From Nanobdellota archaeon (GTDB taxonomy: Archaea; Nanobdellota; Nanobdellia; Pacearchaeales; GW2011-AR1): DNA of 56,327 nucleotides. Made by a program: the position numbers and the translations under genes. The stretch is from assembly GCA_018830525.1 (NCBI GenBank), contig JAHJSH010000001.1, positions 1-56,327 of the forward strand. Reading direction: 5' to 3'. Positions 1 to 9,291 of the stretch are shown here, one piece after another (position 1 is the stretch's first letter; each line of letters opens with the position of its first letter). The notes under the pieces are model-generated. The model was given only the letters and a program-made list of their open reading frames with translations, was not told where the DNA came from and did no database searches.

Positions 1-64
1 CCAACTGCATGTGATAGTTAAATTCTCCAACTGCATGTGCATAGCTACGTGTTTCAAATTTCAT
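1..64 (-). CDS. Partial CDS, N-terminal 21 codons only (gene continues past the left edge); function unknown
   Basis: ATG at 64..62, GGAGG (rc of 72..76) 7 nt upstream, frame open to position 1 (MKFETRSYAHAVGEFNYHMQL); too short for the supplied ORF track. Confidence 0.25.
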   Translation of the reverse strand, partial: MKFETRSYAHAVGEFNYHMQL

Positions 65-123
65 AATTTTTCCTCCGATAAGTTTATTTAGTTTAAGAAA
101 GTTACAACTACATCTAATCTTAC

Positions 124-154
124 AAAGAAGTAGGGTCAACTTCCCTACTTTCTT
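124..154. other. Perfect 12-bp stem / 7-nt loop hairpin in a divergent intergenic region
   Basis: AAAGAAGTAGGG-tcaactt-CCCTACTTCTTT read directly from the sequence; T-rich run follows. Confidence 0.5.
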
Positions 155-284
155 TAATATTTTTTAGAATATATATTTATTGACGACAAGTTTGCCAACT
201 AGAAGCACAATTCATCTCCTCACTAAACTAAGGAGATTTCTTGATGCGGCAAACTTTTAAAAGAAGATTCCCCCTATAAATTGA

Positions 285-2108
285 ATGAGGTTTAAAGTAA
301 ATCATTTTAAAATTGCCTTAATCGCTGCCTTTCTTCTGTCGGTAGTAACAGTCATCGCAACTTATATTTGGGGCGATTGGAGCACACGAGCAATCTACAA
401 TATATTTTACGTGACTTTCCTAAATTTCACAGTTCTTTTGCTAAACGCTATTTTATTTACAAAAAGCCGTCCATTCCTAGGAATAAGAACAAGAAAGTTC
501 CTCAGAATCACATTTCTAACAGCTTACAGCACTGCATACATCTTCGCTACGGGGATATTCGTAACAACCGGCCAAGTAGCAAAAATCCAAACAATCCTAT
601 TCATATATGAAATAAATACAACACTAATAAGTGCCATGATTCTCGGAGGATTAGTCCTCAGTCTATTAATTATAACTACCCTATTTTACAAAGGAACTTC
701 AATTAACCCTGCAAAAGAGAAAGAACGAAAAAGACTAAAATTTGCATTCTACATAAGCCTAGCCCTTTTCGGACTAACAATCCTAATAAATACATACTAC
801 TTGCAAATTGAAGAGCCAATAATCACAGACAAGGAAGCTCTCGCAGAATACAAACCCGCGATACTAAATCTACAAGAAAGAGTCCTAGACATTAATTTCA
901 CAAAAGAAAAACCAAATGTAATTTTTATCTTATTAGAAGCAATAACTGCTGAAAGAGTCGGGTTCTATGGATATAAAAGAAACGTTACCCCCAACCTAGA
1001 TGCACTTGCAGCAAAAAGCACTGTGTTCATGGAAATGTATGCCACAGCGACCCACTCAGATTATGCCCAGCCAGGAATTCTCTCCTCAAGATACATGCTA
1101 ACAAGCAAGTACCGAACAATCTCTGCAACCGACAATCCGAGAGTCTTCCTCTGGGATATTCTCAAAAAAGACAATTACACTACCGGTTACCACTCTTCAC
1201 AAGACGACGAATGGCAAAACATGAACACATACATAGATTACACAAACCTCGACAATTGGACAAACTCCCGGACAGATGAAGTAACCGATTACGGAAGCGG
1301 ACGACAAAGAAAAGACTTCGATTTCCGAGCAACCGAGAGAGCGCTAAACTGGTTAAACAACACAATTGAAAAGGACCAACCCTTCTTTCTCTACATGAAT
1401 TTCCAAGGAACCCACAATCCACTGATCTACCCCGAAGAATTTTCATTTTACAAACCTGACGAAGACCACGGAATCACACGTTCAGGTGGAGAAGATACAA
1501 TAAATATTTACGACAACGCTCTAAGATATGTAGACGCCCAAGTCGGACAAATCATAGATTTCATTGAGTCCAACAACAAAACAAATAACACCATCTTTAT
1601 CATAACATCCGACCATGGTCACGACTTAGAAGACCGTCACGGAATCGGAGGACACGGAAACAGCATCTACAATGAAGAACTAATCGTCCCGGGAATATTC
1701 TTCCTCCCGGGAATAGAACCCCAAATAATTGAAGAACCTGTAAGCCATATTGACTTCATTCCAACTATAATCGACTTATTAGGATACGACATCCCGAAAG
1801 AATTCCAAGGAGAAGTTATGAAAAAAGGACGACCAATATTCTCAGTCGCCCAGACCCATAAATATCTTATAGGAATAATTCTAAACAACACAAAAATAAT
1901 TGTCGATTTAAATCGAGAACTTATAGAAATTTACAGACTAGACGAAGATCCTAAAGAACTTAACAATATTGAGTATAATGAACAATACAAAGATAAAATC
2001 TTGAGACTTCTATTATGGGACTACTGTCAAAAAGATTATTATGAAAATGAAAGATGGAAAGCAAACCTCAATGACCGGTGTAAGATAACAAATAATTTCA
2101 AATTATAA
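285..2108 (+). CDS. Membrane-anchored sulfatase/alkaline-phosphatase superfamily protein, LtaS/phosphoglycerol-transferase-like
   Basis: About 5 N-terminal TM segments then a sulfatase-fold domain (NVIFILLEAITAERVGFYGY, ITSDHGHDLEDRHGIGGHGNS). No C/S-x-P-x-R formylglycine motif; ATHSDY lies at the expected position. Confidence 0.7.
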   Translation: MRFKVNHFKIALIAAFLLSVVTVIATYIWGDWSTRAIYNIFYVTFLNFTVLLLNAILFTKSRPFLGIRTRKFLRITFLTAYSTAYIFATGIFVTTGQVAKIQTILFIYEINTTLISAMILGGLVLSLLIITTLFYKGTSINPAKEKERKRLKFAFYISLALFGLTILINTYYLQIEEPIITDKEALAEYKPAILNLQERVLDINFTKEKPNVIFILLEAITAERVGFYGYKRNVTPNLDALAAKSTVFMEMYATATHSDYAQPGILSSRYMLTSKYRTISATDNPRVFLWDILKKDNYTTGYHSSQDDEWQNMNTYIDYTNLDNWTNSRTDEVTDYGSGRQRKDFDFRATERALNWLNNTIEKDQPFFLYMNFQGTHNPLIYPEEFSFYKPDEDHGITRSGGEDTINIYDNALRYVDAQVGQIIDFIESNNKTNNTIFIITSDHGHDLEDRHGIGGHGNSIYNEELIVPGIFFLPGIEPQIIEEPVSHIDFIPTIIDLLGYDIPKEFQGEVMKKGRPIFSVAQTHKYLIGIILNNTKIIVDLNRELIEIYRLDEDPKELNNIEYNEQYKDKILRLLLWDYCQKDYYENERWKANLNDRCKITNNFKL

Positions 2109-2213
2109 CTCAATTTTAATAATATGCCTCACCCCATAGCTCTATATACCCCCATTTTCTCTTAAATTAAAGCATAAGCATGCTTATGTCAAGTACACGG
2201 AGGAAAAATATAT

Positions 2214-2531
2214 ATGGAAGATCGAGAAATGCACAAAGCAACTTGTTCTGACTGTAAGAAGGAATGCGAAGTTCCTTTCAAACCTACAGAAGGAAAACCA
2301 GTTAGATGTCAAGACTGCTTTAAGAAGAACAGACCAGAACGAAGTTTTGGTGGTAGAGACGGCGGTAACCGTAGGTTCGGTGGAAACAACAATCGATTCG
2401 GCAATGATAGACCAAGAGAAATGCATAAAGCAACTTGTTCTGATTGTGGAAAAGCTTGTGAAGTACCATTCAAGCCAACAGGAGACAAGCCAGTAAGATG
2501 CCGAGATTGTTTTCAAGCAACTAGAAACTAA
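2214..2531 (+). CDS. CxxC-x17-CxxC zinc-ribbon repeat protein (two tandem copies joined by a Gly/Arg/Asn-rich linker)
   Basis: EMHKATCSDC-x-CEVPFKPT-x-KPVRC-DCF occurs twice; GGAGG 10 nt upstream of the ATG. Confidence 0.7.
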   Translation: MEDREMHKATCSDCKKECEVPFKPTEGKPVRCQDCFKKNRPERSFGGRDGGNRRFGGNNNRFGNDRPREMHKATCSDCGKACEVPFKPTGDKPVRCRDCFQATRN

Positions 2532-2645
2532 GGTTTTTAGCTAACACAATTTATTTTTTTTATTAACTATTTTACCTCAACAGAGGTACACCAAATGAGT
2601 GTAAAAGGGTATTTTACCCTGTAGAATTTTTAAAGCAAGTATATT

Positions 2646-2807
2646 CTATCTTATCATCCCACTTATTCCCCAAGCAACCAATAAAGCTATAACAACCCCG
2701 ACAGAAATAACTACCAACATATGACTAGAACCTGACGCTGCACCAAACCCCGCACCAACTGCTCCAGAAATTCCTGCAATCAACAACCTTTTTCCTTTTT
2801 CTTCCAT
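2646..2807 (-). CDS. Small (53 aa) Gly/Ala-rich membrane protein, below the ORF-track cutoff
   Basis: ATG 2807..2805, TAG 2648..2646; MEEKGKRLLIAGISGAVGAGFGAASGSSHMLVVISVGVVIALLVAWGISGMIR contains two hydrophobic segments. Confidence 0.4.
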   Translation of the reverse strand: MEEKGKRLLIAGISGAVGAGFGAASGSSHMLVVISVGVVIALLVAWGISGMIR

Positions 2808-2893
2808 TTTCTAATTTAGAGAAATTATTTGAAAAGGGTTCTCGCCTGCTTGCAGGTTCTCGTGACCTGAAAGGTTATGCCCTTTGGGTATCA

Positions 2894-3172
2894 TTATTTT
2901 ATCTCCACTCCAAGTTCTTTTAATCGACCAACATGCGCCTGAACAATCGCCTCAACATTCCCAATCATCTTAACCAACTCATTCCGTTCGGCAACAAGAG
3001 TATTCAAAGCACCCTTATGAAATCCAATTTCCTCGTCTTTAGACATCTGCGGAACCTCCGCTTCAGCTTTCGCCTCTGGCGCAGATTCATTTTTTGCATT
3101 ATTTATCGCATCTTCCAAATCACTCGCATCCATAACAAACCCTAGAAAAATCGCTTTAAAAAGCTTGCCCAC
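2894..3172 (-). CDS. Small acidic coiled-coil protein, unknown function (GTG start at 3172; ATG at 3133 is more likely)
   Basis: ORF track; ATG 3133 lies 21 nt from an A/T box at 3155..3162. Confidence 0.45.
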   Translation of the reverse strand: MGKLFKAIFLGFVMDASDLEDAINNAKNESAPEAKAEAEVPQMSKDEEIGFHKGALNTLVAERNELVKMIGNVEAIVQAHVGRLKELGVEIK

Positions 3173-3175
3173 AAT

Positions 3176-3183
3176 TTTATAAA
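3176..3183 (+). promoter_or_regulatory. TATA box TTTATAAA, 21 nt upstream of the aspS ATG (leaderless-type geometry)
   Basis: Exact TTTATAAA at 3176..3183; ATG at 3205. Confidence 0.55.
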
Positions 3184-3204
3184 CTCAAACAAACATAATT
3201 AATT

Positions 3205-4587
3205 ATGAAAAGAATTATGATTGAAAAACTATCCTCTATGGAAGGAAAGACTGTGGAAATAGCTGGATGGGTCGACACAATCAGAGAACATGGAAAATTA
3301 ATTTTCTTAGAAATCAGAGACATTACCGGAACCGTCCAAACAATTACAACTGCAAAAGATAAGACAAACTTTGAAATAGCAAAGTCCATTTCTAAAGAAT
3401 CCTCTATAAGAATAAAAGGAGAAGTAAAATCACGACCAGAAGGAACACAAAACAAAAATTCACCTGCAGGAAATGTAGAAATAAAAATATTAGAATTAGA
3501 AATCTACACAAAATGTCCCGCATTACCTTTCGATATCGACAATGAAGAATTAAACGAAGACATTCGATTAAAATATAGATACTTGGATTTACGAAGACCC
3601 GAGATGCAAAAAAACTTAGTCCTAAGAAGTCAAATAATTAGAATCATTCGAGACACACTTTACGAAGAAGGATTCAACGAATTCGAAACACCAATCCTCG
3701 CAAAATCAACTCCGGAAGGAGCAAGAGATTATGTAGTCCCATCAAGAACACAACCTGGAAAATTCTTCGCATTACCTCAATCTCCACAATTATTCAAACA
3801 ACTTTTAATGGTCGCAGGTTTTGAGAAATATTTTCAAATCGCAAAATGTATGAGGGATGAAGACCTCCGAAGCGACCGACAACCAGAATTCACACAACTA
3901 GATATTGAAATGTCCTTCATAACACAGGACGACATAATCGCATTAACAGAAAAGCTTCTAAAGAAAATCTGGAAAGAAATTCTTAATGTAAATATCAAGA
4001 CCCCATTCCAAAGAATTACTTATGACGAATCAATGAAAAAATACGGAATTGATAGACCAGACTTAAGAAAAAATAAAGATGATCCTAAAGAATATGCATT
4101 CTGTTGGATAACTGATTTCCCCGCATTTGAACATTCTAAAGAAGAAAATAAAACAGTAGCAATTCACCACCCCTTTACACACCCAGAAATGAAATCATTC
4201 AATAAGAATCCAGAAACAGCAAAATCGATCGCATATGATATCGTACTTAACGGAACTGAAATCGGCGGAGGTTCCATCAGAATTCACGAAGAAGATGTTC
4301 AAGCAAAAGTATTTGAAGTTTTAGGAATTGGAAAAAAAGAACAGAGAGAAAAGTTCGGATTTCTTCTTGACGCACTTAAGTTCGGGGCCCCACCCCACGG
4401 CGGAATCGCATGGGGATTAGACAGATTAGTACAAATCATCTTGGGCGCAGAATCAATCCGAGAAACAATCGCATTCCCAAAGAACAAAGAAGCAAAAGAC
4501 CTAATGCTTGACGCACCGAGTTCATTATCTACGCAACAATTGAAAGACGTTCACATCAAGTTAGATGTTCCTAAGGGAAAGAAATAA
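3205..4587 (+). CDS. aspS: Aspartyl-tRNA synthetase, bacterial-type core without the GAD insertion domain
   Basis: FFALPQSPQLFKQLLMVAGFEKYFQIAKCMRDEDLRSDRQPEFTQLDIEMSF (class II motif 2, bacterial flavour), HHPFTHP, GGGSIRIH, PPHGGIAWGLDR. Only 460 aa: the sequence goes from DRPDLR straight to WITDFPAFE. Confidence 0.9.
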   Translation: MKRIMIEKLSSMEGKTVEIAGWVDTIREHGKLIFLEIRDITGTVQTITTAKDKTNFEIAKSISKESSIRIKGEVKSRPEGTQNKNSPAGNVEIKILELEIYTKCPALPFDIDNEELNEDIRLKYRYLDLRRPEMQKNLVLRSQIIRIIRDTLYEEGFNEFETPILAKSTPEGARDYVVPSRTQPGKFFALPQSPQLFKQLLMVAGFEKYFQIAKCMRDEDLRSDRQPEFTQLDIEMSFITQDDIIALTEKLLKKIWKEILNVNIKTPFQRITYDESMKKYGIDRPDLRKNKDDPKEYAFCWITDFPAFEHSKEENKTVAIHHPFTHPEMKSFNKNPETAKSIAYDIVLNGTEIGGGSIRIHEEDVQAKVFEVLGIGKKEQREKFGFLLDALKFGAPPHGGIAWGLDRLVQIILGAESIRETIAFPKNKEAKDLMLDAPSSLSTQQLKDVHIKLDVPKGKK

Positions 4588-4589
4588 TC

Positions 4590-5102
4590 TTATTCCCTTA
4601 TCTTCTTCGCCAACTCAGCCAACTTTTCATCATCAGCCCTTTCAGAATCATTAGAAGAAATATATCCTTCATATTTTTTAAAATATTTATTAATAGGAGA
4701 ATGATGCACTTTCCACGTTTCCATATCTGCAGTCCCATGCATTGGAAAAAGTTTCGCATGAATATGGTCAACTCCGAATCCTTCAAAAATCATCGCAGTT
4801 CTTCCAACATCTTCCAATTTTGAATCAATCAACTTCCCAACTTTCTTAGTCGCAATAACCAAATCCTTCAAAACATCTTCAGGCAAATCAAACGCATAAC
4901 TCGAATAATGGTCTTTGGCTATAACTACACTAAATCCTTCAGTATTCGGAAAAATAGAAAGAAAAGCCAAATGCTTCTCATCTTCCCAAATTTTATGACA
5001 AGGCATCTCACCCTTCACAATCTTACAAAATATGCATACCCGTTCAACATCGAGATTCTTCGAATCTCCTAAAGGGGGTACACCTTTGCATGACACTTCC
5101 AT
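4590..5102 (-). CDS. HIT (histidine triad) family hydrolase
   Basis: CIFCKIVKGEMPCHKIWEDEKHLAFLSIFP and GVDHIHAKLFP. The ORF track extends to 5147, but ATG 5102 sits 21 nt from TATA 5124..5131. Confidence 0.75.
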   Translation of the reverse strand: MEVSCKGVPPLGDSKNLDVERVCIFCKIVKGEMPCHKIWEDEKHLAFLSIFPNTEGFSVVIAKDHYSSYAFDLPEDVLKDLVIATKKVGKLIDSKLEDVGRTAMIFEGFGVDHIHAKLFPMHGTADMETWKVHHSPINKYFKKYEGYISSNDSERADDEKLAELAKKIRE

Positions 5103-5123
5103 AATAATCCCAATAGACCAAAC

Positions 5124-5131
5124 TTTATAAA
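5124..5131. promoter_or_regulatory. Palindromic TATA box TTTATAAA placed 21 nt from both divergent ATGs (5102 minus, 5153 plus)
   Basis: Spacers 5103..5123 and 5132..5152 are both 21 nt. Confidence 0.5.
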
Positions 5132-5152
5132 ATCTCTCAACCAACAATAATT

Positions 5153-5413
5153 ATGACAAACAATTCCCTTTGGCACGAAGTTACTGAAAAAGAAAAAGAG
5201 CAAATACGAAAGGATTCTAAGAAACTTTTAAACGAATTCGCATCAAAGCTGGATAAAATCAAGGCTCCAGAAGGACATTTCGAAAATGGAATCGGAGCAA
5301 GAGACGAAGGCGATGGCTGGACAACAGATGAAGAATTCAAAAATATAATGTTCTCAAATGCCCCATTTGTTGAAGACAATTCAATAGTCGCAGAAAAGGG
5401 GGCTTGGAAATGA
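5153..5413 (+). CDS. gatC: GatC-like small subunit of Asp/Glu-tRNA amidotransferase (tentative)
   Basis: 86 aa, helical N-half, C-terminal NAPFVEDNSIVAEKG resembling the GatC NAP..e..f.VP tail; same operon as gatA. Confidence 0.4.
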   Translation: MTNNSLWHEVTEKEKEQIRKDSKKLLNEFASKLDKIKAPEGHFENGIGARDEGDGWTTDEEFKNIMFSNAPFVEDNSIVAEKGAWK

Positions 5414-6255
5414 GTTTAATAATACCGAATCAAGAAAGATTAAAAGAGATAAAAGAAACAATTAAAAAATCTGGAAAGGAAAACTTACACATAATTGCCG
5501 ACTTTGATAGAACGCTAACCTATTCACTGACTTCTGAAGGAAAAAAGTTATCTTCAGTTATTGCAATCCTCCGAGATGGGAACTATCTCTCTAAAGGATA
5601 TTCTGAAAAGGCACATGCGTTATTCGACAAATACCATCCAATAGAGATAGACGCATCAATTCCCATAGAAGAAAAAAAGAAAGCAATGGTAAACTGGTGG
5701 ACCTCCCACTTTAATCTTTTAATTGAATCTGGATTAAGTAAAAAAGATTTAGAATCCGTAGTAGCGAGTGGAATTTCTCGACTACGAGAAGGAACAAAAG
5801 AATTATTTGACTACCTTCATAAAGAGAATATTCCAATAGTGATAATATCTGCTAACGGAATAGGTAATGTAATCCCAATGATTTTAGAAAAAGAAAAAAT
5901 CCTCTATAACAACATCTATGTAATCACAAACCTATTTGAATTTTATGAAGATGGAAAAGCCTTTTACAAACCAAAATCTTTAATCCATTCTATGAACAAA
6001 GATGAAACCGCAGTTCAAGACCACCCTGAAATCTATGAAAAAATAAAAGATAGAAAAAATGTAATACTTATTGGAGATAGTCTAGGAGATTTGGAAATGA
6101 CTGCCGGATTCGAGTATGAGAGCCTGCTCAAGATAGGATTCCTTAATCCAGGGGAAGAAGATAATTTAGAAGAATACGAAAGAAATTTTGATATCATCAT
6201 AAAGGATGATGGAGATTTTTCAGAGATAAATAAATTAATCAAAGATATCAAATGA
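5404..6255 (+). CDS. HAD-superfamily pyrimidine 5'-nucleotidase, UMPH-1 / cytosolic 5'-nucleotidase III family
   Basis: IIADFDRTLT (DxDxT), KYHPIEIDASIPIEEKKKAMVNWW, IPIVIISANGIGNVI and VILIGDSLGDLEMTAGFEYESLLKIGFLN are collinear with recalled human NT5C3 motifs. Overlaps both neighbouring genes. Confidence 0.8.
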   Translation: MEMSLIIPNQERLKEIKETIKKSGKENLHIIADFDRTLTYSLTSEGKKLSSVIAILRDGNYLSKGYSEKAHALFDKYHPIEIDASIPIEEKKKAMVNWWTSHFNLLIESGLSKKDLESVVASGISRLREGTKELFDYLHKENIPIVIISANGIGNVIPMILEKEKILYNNIYVITNLFEFYEDGKAFYKPKSLIHSMNKDETAVQDHPEIYEKIKDRKNVILIGDSLGDLEMTAGFEYESLLKIGFLNPGEEDNLEEYERNFDIIIKDDGDFSEINKLIKDIK

Positions 6256-7580
6256 ACCTAAAAATAAAACTCAAGGAAATCAAGAAAGGAAAACTAACTG
6301 CAGTAAAAAATGTAATGACCTTCTCCGAGAAAATCGCAACTTGTGAAGTAAAAGACCTAAACATCTTCTTGCACCTTAACGAAGACGCAATCGAACAGGC
6401 AAAAGAAATTGACAGGAGAATTAAAAAAGGAACGGCAGGGAAATTGGCAGGATTGTGTTTTGCAGTTAAATCAAATATTTCAGTAAAACATATGATAACA
6501 ACATGTGCCTCAAAAGTCCTTGAAGATTATGAATCCGGATACAACGCAACGGTCATTAATAAACTCCTCGCGGAAGATGCAATCATTCTCGGGATGGTAA
6601 ATATGGATGAATTCGCTTGTGGGGCATCCGGAGAAACTTCAGCATTTGGTCCAACTAAAAATCCAAGAAATCCAGAATTAATTCCTGGAGGTTCAAGCTC
6701 AGGCTCGGCAGCAGCAGTCGCAGCAGGACTTTGCGATTTCGCATTAGGCTCAGACACTGGAGGTTCAATCCGAAACCCTGCATCACATTGCGGAGTCACC
6801 GGACTAAAACCAACTTACGGCGCAGTTTCAAGATACGGACTAATCGATATGACTATGTCCTTTGATTGCATCGGTCCATTAACAAACTCCACCGAAGATG
6901 CAAAACTAATCTTCAATGTAATCAAGGGTCAAGACAATTTCGACCAAACAACAAAAGAAGAAAAACCAAAGTTAACAAAGAAAGGCGTAATCGGACTAGT
7001 AAATGTAAAAGATTTCTGTTCAAAAGAAATAGTAGAACTCATCGAAACAAAAACTAAAGAAATCGCAGAAAAAAATAACTGGAAGATAAAAAAGATAAAT
7101 CTCCCATTAGATATTGCAATTCAAACATATTATATTATTGTTTACACAGAATTCTTTTCAGCTACAAGAAAATTTGACGGACGAAGATTCGGAAAGAAGA
7201 TTGAAGAGTTTGCAGGACCTGAAGTTATTCGAAGAATCGTCGGAGGATCTGAAATTACAAAAGCTGAACACGAAGGAAAATACTATCGAGAAGCCTTGAA
7301 GGCAAGAAATTATATCAAACAACAATTTGAAAAATTGTTCAAGGAAGTGGACGCAATAATTCTCCCAACAGTTCCAAGAACCCCACACAAAATCGGAGAA
7401 AAAATTTCAGTAGAAGATATGTATGCATATGATATTTTTACAACTCCGGCAAGCATCGCCGGTCTCCCAGCAATATCCGTACCTGCAGGAAAAACAGACA
7501 ACAAGGATGTAGGCTTACAAATTATAGCTCCACATTTCCAAGAAGAATTAATCTTTAAACTAGCAAAGGATTTTGAGTAG
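6252..7580 (+). CDS. gatA: Asp-tRNA(Asn)/Glu-tRNA(Gln) amidotransferase subunit A (amidase signature family)
   Basis: GGSSSGSAAAVAAGLCDFALGSDTGGSIRNPASHCGVTGLKPTYGAVSRYGLI; ATGA overlap with the upstream gene. Confidence 0.85.
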   Translation: MNLKIKLKEIKKGKLTAVKNVMTFSEKIATCEVKDLNIFLHLNEDAIEQAKEIDRRIKKGTAGKLAGLCFAVKSNISVKHMITTCASKVLEDYESGYNATVINKLLAEDAIILGMVNMDEFACGASGETSAFGPTKNPRNPELIPGGSSSGSAAAVAAGLCDFALGSDTGGSIRNPASHCGVTGLKPTYGAVSRYGLIDMTMSFDCIGPLTNSTEDAKLIFNVIKGQDNFDQTTKEEKPKLTKKGVIGLVNVKDFCSKEIVELIETKTKEIAEKNNWKIKKINLPLDIAIQTYYIIVYTEFFSATRKFDGRRFGKKIEEFAGPEVIRRIVGGSEITKAEHEGKYYREALKARNYIKQQFEKLFKEVDAIILPTVPRTPHKIGEKISVEDMYAYDIFTTPASIAGLPAISVPAGKTDNKDVGLQIIAPHFQEELIFKLAKDFE

Positions 7581-7643
7581 CATTCAATATTTAGAAAAAA
7601 TTAAAGTTTATTTGTTAGATTTTTTGCCTCTAAGCCCGATTCC

Positions 7644-8459
7644 TTACGAAGTTTTTGATGGTATGAATCCATTAGCAATTCCCCTATAGGGCTCTAAGTA
7701 TTCTAAATTACTACTACTAATAGTAAGATTACAACCACTTCCCCCATCTATAACTCCAAATCCTGAATGATTGGATTCTGAAACCTTAAACAGATCTTCT
7801 TCACATGGAAAATCACCTTCAAACCCCACAATAGGGCCCCAGCTAAATTGAGTAGAAATTTTTGCTAATTGTTTAGCTCCAGAAATTCCATAACTTCCTA
7901 TGACAAATCCATTTTCAGCTAAATGTCTAGTAGTATTTTCTCCAAATTCACATCTTTCTCTCGGAACAAATCTTATATGCCCAGATTTACTAAATTTAAC
8001 ACCTTTAATTTCTTTTCCCCCCCTAATAGCATTTTCTAAGTTGGAGATTTTAATTAATTTTTTATCATTTGCTGTTGCTTCAAAATCTTGTTGGATATAA
8101 ACTCCATTAGATGCAAAAATATATTTATTGTATACATGAAAGAAAAGATTCTTAAGATGACAATTATTCTTTCCCTCAGATAAAATTTCCCTTATATCTT
8201 CGAATAAGGGGTTACCTTTATCTTTTTTGTCAAAATAAGCAGAATAAATCAAAGGAATAAGATCGTCTCCAGTGGGTACTTTTAATCCTTTTTTTAAAAT
8301 GTTCTTTCCAACAAATTCATAACGCAAAGGTCCTTCAGCAGGAGATTCGTAATTCAATATTCTATCTTGAGATTTTATTATAGTTTTACCATTATCTCCT
8401 ATTTGGTCAGAAGTTCTAAGACCATCTTCTATCCAACTGATTCGTGGTATTAATCCCAT
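7644..8459 (-). CDS. Hypothetical protein
   Basis: Long ORF with no recognisable motif. Confidence 0.5.
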   Translation of the reverse strand: MGLIPRISWIEDGLRTSDQIGDNGKTIIKSQDRILNYESPAEGPLRYEFVGKNILKKGLKVPTGDDLIPLIYSAYFDKKDKGNPLFEDIREILSEGKNNCHLKNLFFHVYNKYIFASNGVYIQQDFEATANDKKLIKISNLENAIRGGKEIKGVKFSKSGHIRFVPRERCEFGENTTRHLAENGFVIGSYGISGAKQLAKISTQFSWGPIVGFEGDFPCEEDLFKVSESNHSGFGVIDGGSGCNLTISSSNLEYLEPYRGIANGFIPSKTS

Positions 8460-8544
8460 AATACTTTCGAATTTTAAATATATTTAAATCTCTGTTGTAG
8501 CCTCTAACCACAACATTTTAAAAGTAAATTCCATCAGATTAATA

Positions 8545-9267
8545 ATGAAAACAGATTCACTGATTGAATTAGGATTTACAAAAAACCAAGCAAAATTATA
8601 CCTCTTGCTTTTCAAAAATCCGGGAATAAGTGCTGGTAAGATAGCCAAAGAGTTATCTATAGACAGATCTTTTACATACAATATAATTGAAAGTTTAATA
8701 AAAAAAGGGTTAGTGTATTACAGTATCAAAAATAATAATAAAATATTTTTCTCCGAAAAACCCGATAAGATTTTAGAAGAATTAGAATATCAAAAGAATA
8801 AAACAAAAAAGTTCATAAATGAATTAAAACAAATCGAAGTAAACAAATCAAAAGCACCTTTGATTGAAGTATACGAGGGGAAATCTGCACTTAAAAAATA
8901 TTTATCTGAAATAATCCAAGGAAAATCTTTTTTAACTATTGGCGGAGGAGGGAAATTAAATATTTTTGAAATATTAAAATACGAATATCCCCATTATTTT
9001 AAGGAACTTAAAAAAGCAAATATTGGAGGAAAGATAATTTGTTCAGATGAAAATAAATCATTTTGGAAGAAAAATGTGGAAGACACAAATATATCAATAA
9101 AATCCATTAAGGGGGCTGGAAAGGAAAATAGTATAACGATTTTAAAAGACAAATTAATTCTTTCAGAAGAATCCGAATCTCCCAATATAGTTATTGTAAA
9201 CAATATTAATCATGCTCACTCCATGAACCATTACTTTCAATATCTTTGGAGAATAGCCAAGAAATAA
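8545..9267 (+). CDS. TrmB-family transcriptional regulator
   Basis: N-terminal wHTH LGFTKNQAKLYLLLFKNPGISAGKIAKELSIDRSFTYNIIESLIKKGLV. Confidence 0.7.
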   Translation: MKTDSLIELGFTKNQAKLYLLLFKNPGISAGKIAKELSIDRSFTYNIIESLIKKGLVYYSIKNNNKIFFSEKPDKILEELEYQKNKTKKFINELKQIEVNKSKAPLIEVYEGKSALKKYLSEIIQGKSFLTIGGGGKLNIFEILKYEYPHYFKELKKANIGGKIICSDENKSFWKKNVEDTNISIKSIKGAGKENSITILKDKLILSEESESPNIVIVNNINHAHSMNHYFQYLWRIAKK

Positions 9268-9291
9268 AAAGCCAATTATTTATAGTATTAT

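Noticed and set aside
2575-2589. 15-nt identical string CCTCAACAGAGGTAC (a small 6-bp hairpin) also present at 26241..26255, both intergenic
   Set aside because: A single 15-mer shared within 56 kb of AT-biased sequence is roughly what chance predicts, and the similarity decays immediately outside it. It is noted only in case a genome-wide search shows more copies.
2811-2893. Short inverted and direct repeats (GGTTCTCG twice; CCTGC-tt-GCAGG; AAAGGG...CCCTTT) between two small minus-strand genes
   Set aside because: The stems are short and alternative pairings are equally good, so there is no support for a defined RNA element.
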